Source: a virus
Taxonomy: Duplodnaviria > Caudoviricetes
DNA length: 26,075 bases
Virus record (IMG/VR): IMGVR_UViG_3300020042_006393
Span: 1-26,075 of that record
Direction: 5' to 3' (one strand)
Position numbers and translations under genes: made by a program
Shown here: piece after piece, positions 8,044 through 17,651 of the stretch
Layout: each line of letters begins with the position of its first letter
Numbering within the stretch: the first letter of the stretch is position 1
Notes under the pieces: generated by a model
What the model was told of the DNA's origin: nothing
What the model saw: the letters and a program-made list of their open reading frames with translations, nothing else
Database searches by the model: none

Positions 8044-8514
8044 TTATCTTGCTGGTGCAGAAGGATGGTAAATCTTTTTAGCATTAAGATAAGCTTGTTT
8101 TGCTTCCTCTTCGGTGTCATGATAGCCTAAAGAAATTGTCTTCTTATTGGCTGAAATTCGTGCTTGCCACTTTCCTTTCTTCTTATCAAAGAAACATCCC
8201 TTAGCTCTCTTTTGGTTTTGAAGATTTTCTGCTCTAGTGACCATTCGAAGATTAGAAAGTCTATTGTCGTATGTATCTCCATTGATATGGTCAACATGGA
8301 GATTGGGATCCCAATCTTTTAAAAATGTCATTGCTAGCAAACGGTGTAGACCACAAGTAGTCTGTTTACCATTATCATAAATGGAGCAGAAAAGATATCT
8401 GCGCATTGAACCTGCATGCACCAGCTTTAAAAGCTTACCAGTCTTATCATTCATAACTTCGCCGCTCTCACTGATGCTGTACTTGCCCTCGTAACCTGGT
8501 ATTGATGTGAACAT
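8044..8514 (-). CDS. NUMOD4-HNH homing endonuclease with C-terminal AP2-like DNA-binding domain
   Basis: IPGYEGKYSISESG (NUMOD4); LHRLLAMTF...VDHINGDTYDNRLSNLR (HNH); GKWQARI...LGYHDTEEEAKQAY (AP2); AAGGAG RBS. Confidence 0.9.
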   Translation of the reverse strand: MFTSIPGYEGKYSISESGEVMNDKTGKLLKLVHAGSMRRYLFCSIYDNGKQTTCGLHRLLAMTFLKDWDPNLHVDHINGDTYDNRLSNLRMVTRAENLQNQKRAKGCFFDKKKGKWQARISANKKTISLGYHDTEEEAKQAYLNAKKIYHPSAPAR

Positions 8515-8616
8515 ATTTTTTCTCCTTTTTCGTTGCAGCCATCGTGGCCACTCTATACTAGAAAATAGTCATAGATTTGCAACCGACCACAGCTTTTTTT
8601 TGAAATTATTTTTGCA

Positions 8617-8720
8617 CTCGCTGAAAATGAATAGGGGGTTCACGAAAAGAACCACCAATAGGGAATAGTAGAGGGGGATATATACAGGGATGGCGCCTAG
8701 CCATCCCTCCCTCTCTAGTA
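8617..8720 (-). repeat. Dispersed hairpin/box element, copy B (inverted)
   Basis: On minus strand: TACTAGAGAGGG-AGGGATGGC-TAGGC-GCCATCCCT-GTAT-ATATCCCCCTCTA...AACCCCCTATTCATTTTCAGCGAG. Confidence 0.85.
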
Positions 8721-8744
8721 TAGATTTCGTCAACTAGCTTATGA

Positions 8745-8759
8745 TTAACACGGGCTCCA
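8745..8759 (+). promoter_or_regulatory. Putative late-promoter motif upstream of adaptor gene
   Basis: TTAACA CGGGCTC CA, then GAGG RBS. Confidence 0.45.
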
Positions 8760-8778
8760 TAGATGACGAGGCTTAAAC

Positions 8779-10323
8779 ATGGATTTGCAGCAGATTCGAG
8801 AGAACATAAAGAATATCACCGACTACTCTCCAGAGTTGCAGGCGTATAGCAACCAGCTTGACGATATTATAAATATATCTTATTATAACTTATGGACCCT
8901 AAAGCGTTGGAACTTTGCTCAAAAGCTAAGCTGGCTTGAGGCGTATCCAGATATCACTTCTGATCGTGAGACTAATGGTGGTACAACAATCACTGCAACT
9001 ATAACAGATGGCCAGAGATTGGTTACATTCTCGGCTGCTGTTAACACTCTTATGCACAAGAAAGATGTATATGAGGGCAATATTATAGAGCTAGATGGAA
9101 GAGAATACACTATTCTCCAGGTTCTATCTACCACTACTTTGACAACATCAGAGCCTATAAGAATACTTGACGGTGTAGCCAGTAAGGTGCTAAGTAACTG
9201 GAGAGCTAAAGCTCGCTTCTATACTCTGCCACAGGATTGCATTGAGATATTAAACTTGCAGCATAGAGATGTTCCTGTTGGCTCAGGTGGACAAGGATAT
9301 ATTCTTCCTCCATATGGCAAGACTGTTGCAATGCTGCCAAGAATGGAAGAGTCAATGGGCTTAAGAGAAGACTATACTCAGACTTATGCAGAAGCATATG
9401 TTCCAGTTCCTCCTCATCAAGTTCCTGCTGCTGAAAAGATTGGTGTTGTTTTTAATGCTCAAAATGTACCTGCCAACGGATCTATTCCAGGAGCCTATTA
9501 CATAGAACTTTGCTGGTCTTTCGTTGATCCAACAAAACAAACTGGGCCATTGTCAGAAAGTTTTATTGGAGCAGGAGCCAGCAGTGGTAGCACATATTCT
9601 ATGCAAGTTAGCTTTCTAACATGGGATGATAAGCCTGTAGTTTCAAAGAACACTGCATATAACGCAGGCCCAGGAACAAAAAGATTCTTAGAGGGTTTAT
9701 CAAAAGTTCTATGGTACAACCAGAACTTTGATCCTGCCACTGGAACAAGATTAGGCAAACCTAAGTGGAGACAGGTAACCGTAGGAACATTGTCTGGTGG
9801 TCTTAATGTTCCATCTCAAGACACACCAATTGTTGCAGATGATATAGACGCAACAGTTAATATAACAAATATAACTTCATTTGATGCAGGCTCACCAGTC
9901 TATAAAGAATATGATGGCGTACACACAAGGATAAGACCTTATCCAAGAATAGATGCATTTGACTTCCAGTACTTTGAGGTAGCAACAGGTGCAACTCAGC
10001 CATTAAGATTAAGAGACTTCTTTAGAAGATTAGAGCTACGTTATTACTTTAAACCAGAACCTTTGATTGCAAAGACTGATACTCCACAGTTACCTTTTGA
10101 CATGCACCAGCTTATAGTTTATGGAGCTTTGGAAGATATCTATAACAAGTCTGGTAACTTAACATTAGCTAGTATTTATGCTAGAAAAATCAAAGACGCA
10201 ATAAAGCTGTGTGAACGCAGATATATCGACCATGTAGATATTGATGTCGTAAAAGGACAATTTGGGCGTATGATTGCAGGACCAATATTTGACCAACAGT
10301 CACTAAGGAATAAGAGCATATAA
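8779..10323 (+). CDS. Head-tail adaptor (tail tubular A/gp4-like) with large beta-rich insertion
   Basis: N-terminal 'LDDIINISYYNLWTLKRWNF' and C-terminal 'YYFKPEPL..TDTPQLPFDMHQLIVYGAL' are adaptor-like; first tail gene. Confidence 0.7.
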   Translation: MDLQQIRENIKNITDYSPELQAYSNQLDDIINISYYNLWTLKRWNFAQKLSWLEAYPDITSDRETNGGTTITATITDGQRLVTFSAAVNTLMHKKDVYEGNIIELDGREYTILQVLSTTTLTTSEPIRILDGVASKVLSNWRAKARFYTLPQDCIEILNLQHRDVPVGSGGQGYILPPYGKTVAMLPRMEESMGLREDYTQTYAEAYVPVPPHQVPAAEKIGVVFNAQNVPANGSIPGAYYIELCWSFVDPTKQTGPLSESFIGAGASSGSTYSMQVSFLTWDDKPVVSKNTAYNAGPGTKRFLEGLSKVLWYNQNFDPATGTRLGKPKWRQVTVGTLSGGLNVPSQDTPIVADDIDATVNITNITSFDAGSPVYKEYDGVHTRIRPYPRIDAFDFQYFEVATGATQPLRLRDFFRRLELRYYFKPEPLIAKTDTPQLPFDMHQLIVYGALEDIYNKSGNLTLASIYARKIKDAIKLCERRYIDHVDIDVVKGQFGRMIAGPIFDQQSLRNKSI

Positions 10324-12569
10324 TGCAGACTAACACAACAAAACAAATAAGAGCGGGTGGTGTTGATCAGCGTTATGAAGCCCCTGATAATAGCGCATCT
10401 GATATCGTAAACATGAGACAGGATTCTGAAGGATTCGGTTTCATAAACGATAGAGGCTTTGAGCCAATGATTCCTAAGAACCTGCATTCAAGCGTGCTTG
10501 GTTCAACTGCGGACTATGAAAGACTCTTTGTTTGGGAAAGACATAGAGGAGCTGAATGCTATGTAATAACCAAGCAGGGAGGCGAGTTATTCAGTGAGGT
10601 TGCTAACAATAGTGGTCTAGCTTCTATTGCCTGGAAGCCTCATCACACTGTTGCCTTTGGAAGATCATCAGCAAAAAGTGATGACCCAGGAGAGCAGTTC
10701 GTTCCTTTTGGAAGATTTTGTTTAATCTTAAATGGCCAAGATCCAATGTTAAAATACTGGGGTCGTGATAGAACAGAGAACTTTGGATTTACCTCACCAA
10801 CACCTTCTCCAGAAGTCTTAGCTACTGATAGTAAATACTTTGAAGGAGTATGTAATTTAGCTGCTACTCCTCCAACATCAACCTTTCCTTATCCTGAGAA
10901 TAACACAATTGGTGGTATAAACTTTGGTGTTGGCAGTGGCACAGGTCTTGGTTCAAAGACTCAGAATAGCGTAAACTATTATAGGTACAAAGTATCCTTT
11001 ATCACAGATACTGGATCTGAATCACCCTTATCTGAGCCAACTCAGGTTAACTGGACTAACGAATCAAACGATGATCTAACCTATTCAGTTTGGTTTCAGC
11101 ATGTACCAGTAGGTCCACCAGGAACTGTTGCTCGCAGAATTTATAGAACCAAATCACTAGATGATCTAAGAGGTGGTGGAAGTGCAGGAGAAACCTACTA
11201 TTTAGTTTCTCAAATAGACGAGAATGTTTCACGAAATTACATTGACATTCTTCCAGATGACTTGCTATCCGTACCAGCTCCAGATGATTTTGCATCAGTC
11301 GTTATTTCATCAAGAATGAAATATGGTGCATCATGGGATGGCAGGATGTGGCTAGCTGGTGGTAAAGGAACTGAAACAACAATCATATACTCAGATCAAG
11401 GTTTGCCAGAACAGTTTAATGCTTTTAACTATTTTGACGTTGGAAATAGAAAAGGCGGAGCTATAACAGCTTTAGTTCCTTACTATGATAACTTACTTAT
11501 CTTTAGAGAAGGAAGCATTGAAATTGTAAGACAAGCAGGATCTGGATATATTTGCACAACTTTAAATGCAAACATTGGAACAACTGCAACCAATGCGATA
11601 ACAAATATCCAAGGATCAGGAATTTTATTCTTATCTTACGATGGAGTTTACACTTTCCAAGGTGGAACTCTAGGTGGATCACAGGTTGAAGTGCGTCGTA
11701 TATCAGATGTGGTTCAGTCGGAAATAAATAGAATCTCAATAGGTTCTCTAGCAACTGCAAAGGCTAGCTATTCAACCAAGGAGAAAGAATGGTGGTGCAT
11801 TTATCCTGTTGATGGACAAACAAAAAATACTAGAGGGCTTGTCTATCATACCTTAACAAATTCTTGGTCATTTAGAAATGATGTTGTTGACAGTAATGGC
11901 ACAACAAATGTAGCTTTCAATATAAATGATATCTCAGTTCTTCCACAGGGATGGTTCATAACAGCTCCAAGAGTAACTCAGACTGGCCCAGTTAATGGTG
12001 TTTATACGCTTTTTCCTTCTGGTATACAGGTGTGGTCTGCAAAGAGATCAGCAGGTGGAGCGCTTACCTACACAGTATCTGGGCAAGGAATTAAAACTAT
12101 AACCTCTAGCTTTGCAAGAGCAACTGTACCTTCTATCTGGTCTGGAGCATGGCTTGATTTTGGTGATGATAGTATTAAGAAGCGCATCATATCTGTTGAA
12201 GTTGAAATACTTTCACAGGGTCATAATGAAATCGAACTAACTTCAGCAGTCGATTATAGAGATGAGGATACTTCTTCTGGATCTAAACCAACCGTTGTTG
12301 CTGAGCAATATGGAACTCTTTCAGAAGATGCAACATACGGTCCTGCTGTTGGAACATTTGATAAATCAGTGGCTATAGTTGGAACATCAAGGTGGGGTGA
12401 GAATAGAGTAACAAGATTAAGATGGGATGTAAATACATCTTTGGTCTCATGGTATAGATTCACATTGAAAAGCACAGCTATGTTCCAGGTAGTTGCTTAT
12501 CACGTTTCTTACGTTGGATCTGATAACAAGACCATCAATCTAAAGGCTGGAGAAAGGAAGACACCATGA
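10323..12569 (+). CDS. Tail nozzle / DNA stabilization protein (P22 gp10, T7 gp12-like)
   Basis: 748 aa; beta-propeller-like motifs 'GRMWLAG...IIYSD..PEQF', 'ITALVPYYDNLLIFRE'; follows adaptor with TAATG coupling. Confidence 0.75.
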   Translation: MQTNTTKQIRAGGVDQRYEAPDNSASDIVNMRQDSEGFGFINDRGFEPMIPKNLHSSVLGSTADYERLFVWERHRGAECYVITKQGGELFSEVANNSGLASIAWKPHHTVAFGRSSAKSDDPGEQFVPFGRFCLILNGQDPMLKYWGRDRTENFGFTSPTPSPEVLATDSKYFEGVCNLAATPPTSTFPYPENNTIGGINFGVGSGTGLGSKTQNSVNYYRYKVSFITDTGSESPLSEPTQVNWTNESNDDLTYSVWFQHVPVGPPGTVARRIYRTKSLDDLRGGGSAGETYYLVSQIDENVSRNYIDILPDDLLSVPAPDDFASVVISSRMKYGASWDGRMWLAGGKGTETTIIYSDQGLPEQFNAFNYFDVGNRKGGAITALVPYYDNLLIFREGSIEIVRQAGSGYICTTLNANIGTTATNAITNIQGSGILFLSYDGVYTFQGGTLGGSQVEVRRISDVVQSEINRISIGSLATAKASYSTKEKEWWCIYPVDGQTKNTRGLVYHTLTNSWSFRNDVVDSNGTTNVAFNINDISVLPQGWFITAPRVTQTGPVNGVYTLFPSGIQVWSAKRSAGGALTYTVSGQGIKTITSSFARATVPSIWSGAWLDFGDDSIKKRIISVEVEILSQGHNEIELTSAVDYRDEDTSSGSKPTVVAEQYGTLSEDATYGPAVGTFDKSVAIVGTSRWGENRVTRLRWDVNTSLVSWYRFTLKSTAMFQVVAYHVSYVGSDNKTINLKAGERKTP

Positions 12570-13324
12570 GTAAAACATATTCCGTAGGCGTTCACCAAAA
12601 TAGAGATTATGCAACAGCTAAAGCTTTTAATCAAGATGCATCTGGTTTTCTAGCAGAATTTAATGGAAAGCTAGATGCTCAGCAGTTGCCATATGAAACT
12701 ATAGATGATTCAAATATGGTTGCAAATTCTAGGATAGCTGTTGATAGCAGACCAGATGGATCAGCTCAAGATGGCGTTGGTGTTATAATGGCAACGCAAT
12801 CTTACTTTCAGGTAGAAAGCACTCTTAATACTTTTACCTGGGCAAGATATCCAGCAGCCGATGTATTAGGTCCTCCGCTTGCAACATTCTCATCACAGAA
12901 TAATAGCTGGGCATCTGGTATTTTGTCACTGTCAGCCAATATAACAAGAGGATCTTTCCTAAGAATTCCAACATCTGAGGGCTTCTTAAGAGGAGCAGCA
13001 CAGATAGATGTTGAATATTTCTTTGTTTCACAAGAAGCAGCAGGTTTTACAGGTAACTTTGGTGCTGGTTGGAGATGGCAGTTTTACGTATTCGTAAATG
13101 ATGTGATGGTATCAACAACTGGCGAACAACCAGCTGGAAGAAGAAGGACTGTAAATCTTCCATTCGCAGCTCCAATCGCTTCTCAAGATTCAGTAACAAT
13201 AGATGTTAGATGGTCAGCAACATTTGATGGTGCAGGAACATCTCCAGCTAATATAAAACTTATTGAAGATGCAAACTTAAGAGTTTATAACTGCCTGTTA
13301 TGGGCGCGTAACCAATATAGATAA
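12566..13324 (+). CDS. Putative tail/collar virion protein
   Basis: Beta-rich 252 aa, coupled to nozzle gene. Confidence 0.55.
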   Translation: MSKTYSVGVHQNRDYATAKAFNQDASGFLAEFNGKLDAQQLPYETIDDSNMVANSRIAVDSRPDGSAQDGVGVIMATQSYFQVESTLNTFTWARYPAADVLGPPLATFSSQNNSWASGILSLSANITRGSFLRIPTSEGFLRGAAQIDVEYFFVSQEAAGFTGNFGAGWRWQFYVFVNDVMVSTTGEQPAGRRRTVNLPFAAPIASQDSVTIDVRWSATFDGAGTSPANIKLIEDANLRVYNCLLWARNQYR

Positions 13325-13333
13325 GAGGGATTA

Positions 13334-13987
13334 ATGTCAAACGCAAGTTTTAATTATCAAGATGCAAGAGCAGTAATTACGGCAACAAATTTAAACCAGC
13401 CTTTTACTGCTTTGAAGGATGCTTCAGATGGTACTTCCGGAAAGATTGATCCTTCAAATACAAGATCTGAAGCATTCAATCGAAACCATTTTAAGCAGTC
13501 AGTAGGACCAAATGTCAGCGACTCTGACTTTGATAGTGATGAGACAGTCTATGGTTTTAATCCAGCTCAAACTGAAGTCTTTACAACCATTGCAACATTC
13601 TCTGTAAACTTAGCATTGCAGCCAAATGATTGTCTAAGACTTGGGTCAAATCCTTTGGTCACTACCACCTCCGTAAACACTCTTGCATCACCACTAATAA
13701 GATCTGAGTCAGCATTCTATCTATGCTGGTTCCTAACGATTGGAGGTGTTGATGTTCAGATAGGTTATCCTTTTGGTTATAACACAATTGTAGCAGGCGA
13801 TGGTAATACAGGATCTTCAGATAATAAAACCTTATTTTATGAAAGACTGCCAATGTCATACTGTTACTTGCCTTCTATTGCTACAACCGTAACTGCAATC
13901 AAAGTCAAGATATATTTTGATGATGCTACGCACTATCGAGTTGATCTAAAGAATCTTTACTTACACTATGTATGGGCTAAGTTCTAG
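13334..13987 (+). CDS. Putative tail/collar virion protein
   Basis: Beta-rich 217 aa; N-terminal 'ITATNLNQPF' tail-anchor-like motif; GAGG RBS. Confidence 0.55.
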   Translation: MSNASFNYQDARAVITATNLNQPFTALKDASDGTSGKIDPSNTRSEAFNRNHFKQSVGPNVSDSDFDSDETVYGFNPAQTEVFTTIATFSVNLALQPNDCLRLGSNPLVTTTSVNTLASPLIRSESAFYLCWFLTIGGVDVQIGYPFGYNTIVAGDGNTGSSDNKTLFYERLPMSYCYLPSIATTVTAIKVKIYFDDATHYRVDLKNLYLHYVWAKF

Positions 13988-13995
13988 GAGAAGAA

Positions 13996-14829
13996 ATGCC
14001 ATTTACACCACCAAATACCTTTACTACTTCTCAGGTTCTCCAGGGAACTCAGGTTGCTCAGAATGAAGAAGCAGCCCGTAAATATATCAACGTAGATATT
14101 GTTGAAGCAGACCTCCAAGATAGCGTATTTGGAGACTCCGATTTGCAAGAAGGAGAAGCATTCCAGGTTACTCTTGATAATATCTTTATGACTGGAGATC
14201 AGTATAGCAATTTTTTTGCACAAAAAGAAGTGCCACGCCAGTCTAGAATATATCATACAAGCACTGTTAAAAGACAGAAGCCAATGGAGACCATCAAATG
14301 GGTTGCAGTTCCTCAGCTTGGAAAGCAGATTTACTGTGAGACTATAGCCAATGTATTGATTGAAGTTGCATTCTTTGCATATGAAGATGAGAACAATGAT
14401 TGCAGAGGAGCTGTATTCCCATGGATAAATACACCAACAGCAGGAAATACAAGATCAGATGGCCAAGATTCTAGATATATCCTTGCGATAGATGGCTCAG
14501 ATACATATGCTCCAGATGAAACAATCAACTTTAGCTTCAATGAAGCAGGTGCTACAACGATTGTCTTTGGCCAATTCTCAGTTATGCAAGGACGCTCCAA
14601 CTTTCAAGCTGATGCAACAGGACAGCGTAAGTTAATTCGCATGCAATATCTTGCAAAGAACCTATCTCAGGGTTGGCATAACATAGCAGTCTTATGTGAT
14701 CCACGCAATGAGTGGGGCTATGTTGATTGCCATGTTTTCTCAGTTGAGATGTTTTATAAAATGGGATATGATACCGTTGAAACTTCAACCATTGCCACCA
14801 ATAGAAAGTTGCCTGAGACACAGTATTAA
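13996..14829 (+). CDS. Putative tail/collar virion protein
   Basis: 'MPFTPPNTFTTSQVL' N-terminus typical of phage tail proteins; AGGAG RBS. Confidence 0.55.
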   Translation: MPFTPPNTFTTSQVLQGTQVAQNEEAARKYINVDIVEADLQDSVFGDSDLQEGEAFQVTLDNIFMTGDQYSNFFAQKEVPRQSRIYHTSTVKRQKPMETIKWVAVPQLGKQIYCETIANVLIEVAFFAYEDENNDCRGAVFPWINTPTAGNTRSDGQDSRYILAIDGSDTYAPDETINFSFNEAGATTIVFGQFSVMQGRSNFQADATGQRKLIRMQYLAKNLSQGWHNIAVLCDPRNEWGYVDCHVFSVEMFYKMGYDTVETSTIATNRKLPETQY

Positions 14830-14840
14830 CAATCACAATA
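14826..14840 (+). promoter_or_regulatory. Putative late-promoter motif upstream of ejection genes
   Basis: TTAACA ATCACAA TA, then TTATCGAGGAA, nearly identical to the portal upstream region. Confidence 0.5.
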
Positions 14841-14858
14841 TTATCGAGGAAATATATA

Positions 14859-15509
14859 ATGGCCATATCTCGTTTGCAGACAAAATTAATAGGTGCCGCA
14901 GGACCAGCTGTTGGCCAAGCTGTTGGTTCTATGATAGCAACCAAGCCTTCAGAAGCTGACAAATATAATCAGGATAGAATAGCTGAACTTCAGAGAATGC
15001 AGGAGCTTGGTTCTCTTGGTTTGACTGAACAGGAAAAGAGAACTTTGCAAGATAAATATTCTTTTAAGCTTGGGCAGATTGGTCAAGAAGGTGCACAAAG
15101 AAGAAGTCAGCAGATGGCATCCTTTGATATGCGTGGTGGCCAAGCTTTACAGCAAGCAGCACTAACTGACAAAGCTTTGATAGAAGGAACTTTACAAGCT
15201 GAAGCTAATGTGCTTGAGGCAGACATGGCAAGAAGAGCACAGTTAGAAGCTGAACTTGCAAGACGCCAGGCTGTTGAAGATAAGAGAATTGAAGATAGAA
15301 GACTTGGAATTGGCAAAGCAGTAGCTGGTGGTATTGAAGCTTTATCAACAATCCCAAGCGAAGACATTGAAGAGCAGGGACAGATCAGTAAAGAGCTAAT
15401 CAATGCCGCAGCTTCCAAGCTTAACATGTCACCAAAGCAAGCAGAAGACTTGCTAAAACAAATATCTGGTGATCCTATATTAGCTAAATTACTAGGAGGC
15501 GCACTCTAA
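14859..15509 (+). CDS. Putative DNA ejection/pilot protein (internal virion protein)
   Basis: Gly/Ala-rich hydrophobic N-terminus, Gln/Arg-rich coiled coil; first of three internal-protein-like genes. Confidence 0.6.
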   Translation: MAISRLQTKLIGAAGPAVGQAVGSMIATKPSEADKYNQDRIAELQRMQELGSLGLTEQEKRTLQDKYSFKLGQIGQEGAQRRSQQMASFDMRGGQALQQAALTDKALIEGTLQAEANVLEADMARRAQLEAELARRQAVEDKRIEDRRLGIGKAVAGGIEALSTIPSEDIEEQGQISKELINAAASKLNMSPKQAEDLLKQISGDPILAKLLGGAL

Positions 15510-17614
15510 TGGCAAGAAAAAAAGCAAGCGAAGCTTATTCAAAAGGCCTAGTTTATTATGAATCATTTTTCCCAAATAGAAATGATATGTTACAAACAGC
15601 ATTGGATAATGTTTTATCACAGCAAGCTGAGAAAGAAAAAGCAGCTGAGTTAGCTCTTGATGTTTACAAGGATTATGCTAAAACTCTTGATAAGGATATT
15701 GATCGTCTTCAAAAACTTCAAGATATGCTAGCTGTAAGAACTGTTGATAAAACTTTTGAAGCAAAAAAATATAATGCTGGTCAAACCAACACATCCACCA
15801 GAACAGAGTATACCACTGCTAATGCAAACGCAAGATTTAATGCAAAGCAAGCAGCCTTAGCTGCTTACTTTGGAAGCAAAGCAGTTACAGCAGGTGGTGC
15901 AAAAGGTGGACCTATTGATGCACAAACTGCAAATCAAGCACGCCAGTCTTATACTTCAAATCCAACGGATGTTAGATCTGGTCTTAGCAATTATAAAGGA
16001 CAAGTTGCTAGCACAACTGAAATTCCAAAATCAACCGATGAAGTCCAGATGGGTATGGCTTACACGGTTTCTCAGTATGTTGTAGAGGAATCTCAGAAGC
16101 CAGAATATAAAATGTTTGGTCAAGATAGAACTGAAGCTGCAGCAGCTGCTGTTATTGGAAAGCTTGATAAAGCAGATCAAGACTTAGTCCTTAGTGGTAT
16201 GAAGAAACTTGAGACAGCAGCCAAAGGAGCAGGTGGTGGAGCAACTGTAGGTGGACCAGATGTAGGTACAGGTAGTATCAAAACCAGAGGTGTTGAGGCT
16301 CCTGATTACTCTGGAATAACAGAAGATATTGGAGCACAGATTAAACGTCTAGAAGAAGAGAAGGTTGCTAAAAAAGCAGCAACTGAAGCTCAGGTTGCAG
16401 CAGCAGCCGAGCCTATTGATATGATCACTGCTCAGCGTAAAGAATATTTTGAAAAATTCTTTCCAAATGAAACTCCTAACTTCGCTGTTAACGAAGCTGC
16501 TAAAGCTCTTCTATCCATGAAAAGTGAGGACATTGCAAAGATTGTAGCTGCTGTACAAGAAAAATCTAGACTAGATGATTTAGCTGGAAGAGTTCCAGAT
16601 GGATCAGGCTTTGGTTATGGTGGTGCATCAAGTGAGCCAATTCTTCCATCAGGTAAACAAGGTCCTAGAATGGCAGGCGACATAGTCGGCATAGAAGGAA
16701 CTGAAGAAGATATGACTGTTGGAGTTAGACAGGCTACTGATTACGATGCTATTGCAAGAACAGTATCACCAGAGATGAGATCACAGATAGGTAAAGCTTT
16801 AACTCAGGACCAGCTATTTGCAATAGAATCTTCAGATGCAGCAAAGGCTAGCTTAAAGTCAAAAGGTCTTTCAATTGCAGGAGGAAGACTTGTACCTACC
16901 GCTCTATTGCAGAAGAGACTAGAGGTTGGTGGACAGGTTGAAGTTCCTGAAGTACCACCTATACAATCTCTAGATATTCCAGCTGGAGAATCCTTTGAAG
17001 CTATGAGAACTAGAGAGCTTGATATCTTAATGAAGCAAGATGAGAAAGCCAAGAGCCTTGTTACAAGAGCACAAATGGAAAGAGATGCAGCTATGAAGGC
17101 ATCCACTCAGGCAAGATCTCCACAGGATATATTAACTACATCAACTGCTTTGGAAGAAAAAACAGGCTTGCTAAATGAAGCAATAGGCGTTGGAAAGGTA
17201 GCTGGTGAAAACTTGGCAAAAGCAACCAAGAAAGGCTTTGAAGCTTTCACAGAAGATGAAATGCTAAAGACAAGAGTAAATCCTCTAGGCTCAGATAAGA
17301 AGTCAGATCAACGATCACTAGCTAAGTTAGCACCTATGACTGATGCTCAAAGAGATAGCGAAAGAAAAGTAAGAGCTGCCGAAAGAGCCAAGGCTATGTA
17401 TGATGCAGGCGAGATTGATAAAGCCAGTTCAACAGCTATTGGTAAGGCCGTAAAAGATCTTTATTCTGCCAACAAAGCAAAGGGCGACCAGGATCTCAAG
17501 AGCACAATCTCTTATATCGCAACAGAGTTCCCAAGACCTGCCGATCAAGAGGAAGCTGTATCACTCTTATTCGCTCTAAACTATCGAGACGAGAAGGATA
17601 AGAAGCTCAAGTAA
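15509..17614 (+). CDS. Putative internal virion/ejection protein
   Basis: 701 aa, helical, Ala/Lys-rich with Gly-rich linkers; synteny. Confidence 0.55.
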   Translation: MARKKASEAYSKGLVYYESFFPNRNDMLQTALDNVLSQQAEKEKAAELALDVYKDYAKTLDKDIDRLQKLQDMLAVRTVDKTFEAKKYNAGQTNTSTRTEYTTANANARFNAKQAALAAYFGSKAVTAGGAKGGPIDAQTANQARQSYTSNPTDVRSGLSNYKGQVASTTEIPKSTDEVQMGMAYTVSQYVVEESQKPEYKMFGQDRTEAAAAAVIGKLDKADQDLVLSGMKKLETAAKGAGGGATVGGPDVGTGSIKTRGVEAPDYSGITEDIGAQIKRLEEEKVAKKAATEAQVAAAAEPIDMITAQRKEYFEKFFPNETPNFAVNEAAKALLSMKSEDIAKIVAAVQEKSRLDDLAGRVPDGSGFGYGGASSEPILPSGKQGPRMAGDIVGIEGTEEDMTVGVRQATDYDAIARTVSPEMRSQIGKALTQDQLFAIESSDAAKASLKSKGLSIAGGRLVPTALLQKRLEVGGQVEVPEVPPIQSLDIPAGESFEAMRTRELDILMKQDEKAKSLVTRAQMERDAAMKASTQARSPQDILTTSTALEEKTGLLNEAIGVGKVAGENLAKATKKGFEAFTEDEMLKTRVNPLGSDKKSDQRSLAKLAPMTDAQRDSERKVRAAERAKAMYDAGEIDKASSTAIGKAVKDLYSANKAKGDQDLKSTISYIATEFPRPADQEEAVSLLFALNYRDEKDKKLK

Positions 17615-17651
17615 CCGCCAGCCGAGTGCAAAAACATTCAGCGCCGTTATC

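Noticed and set aside
7992-8120. N-terminal extension of the 441-aa ORF
   Set aside because: Overlaps the HNH gene; ATG at 7991 has a well-spaced GGAG RBS and is the more plausible start
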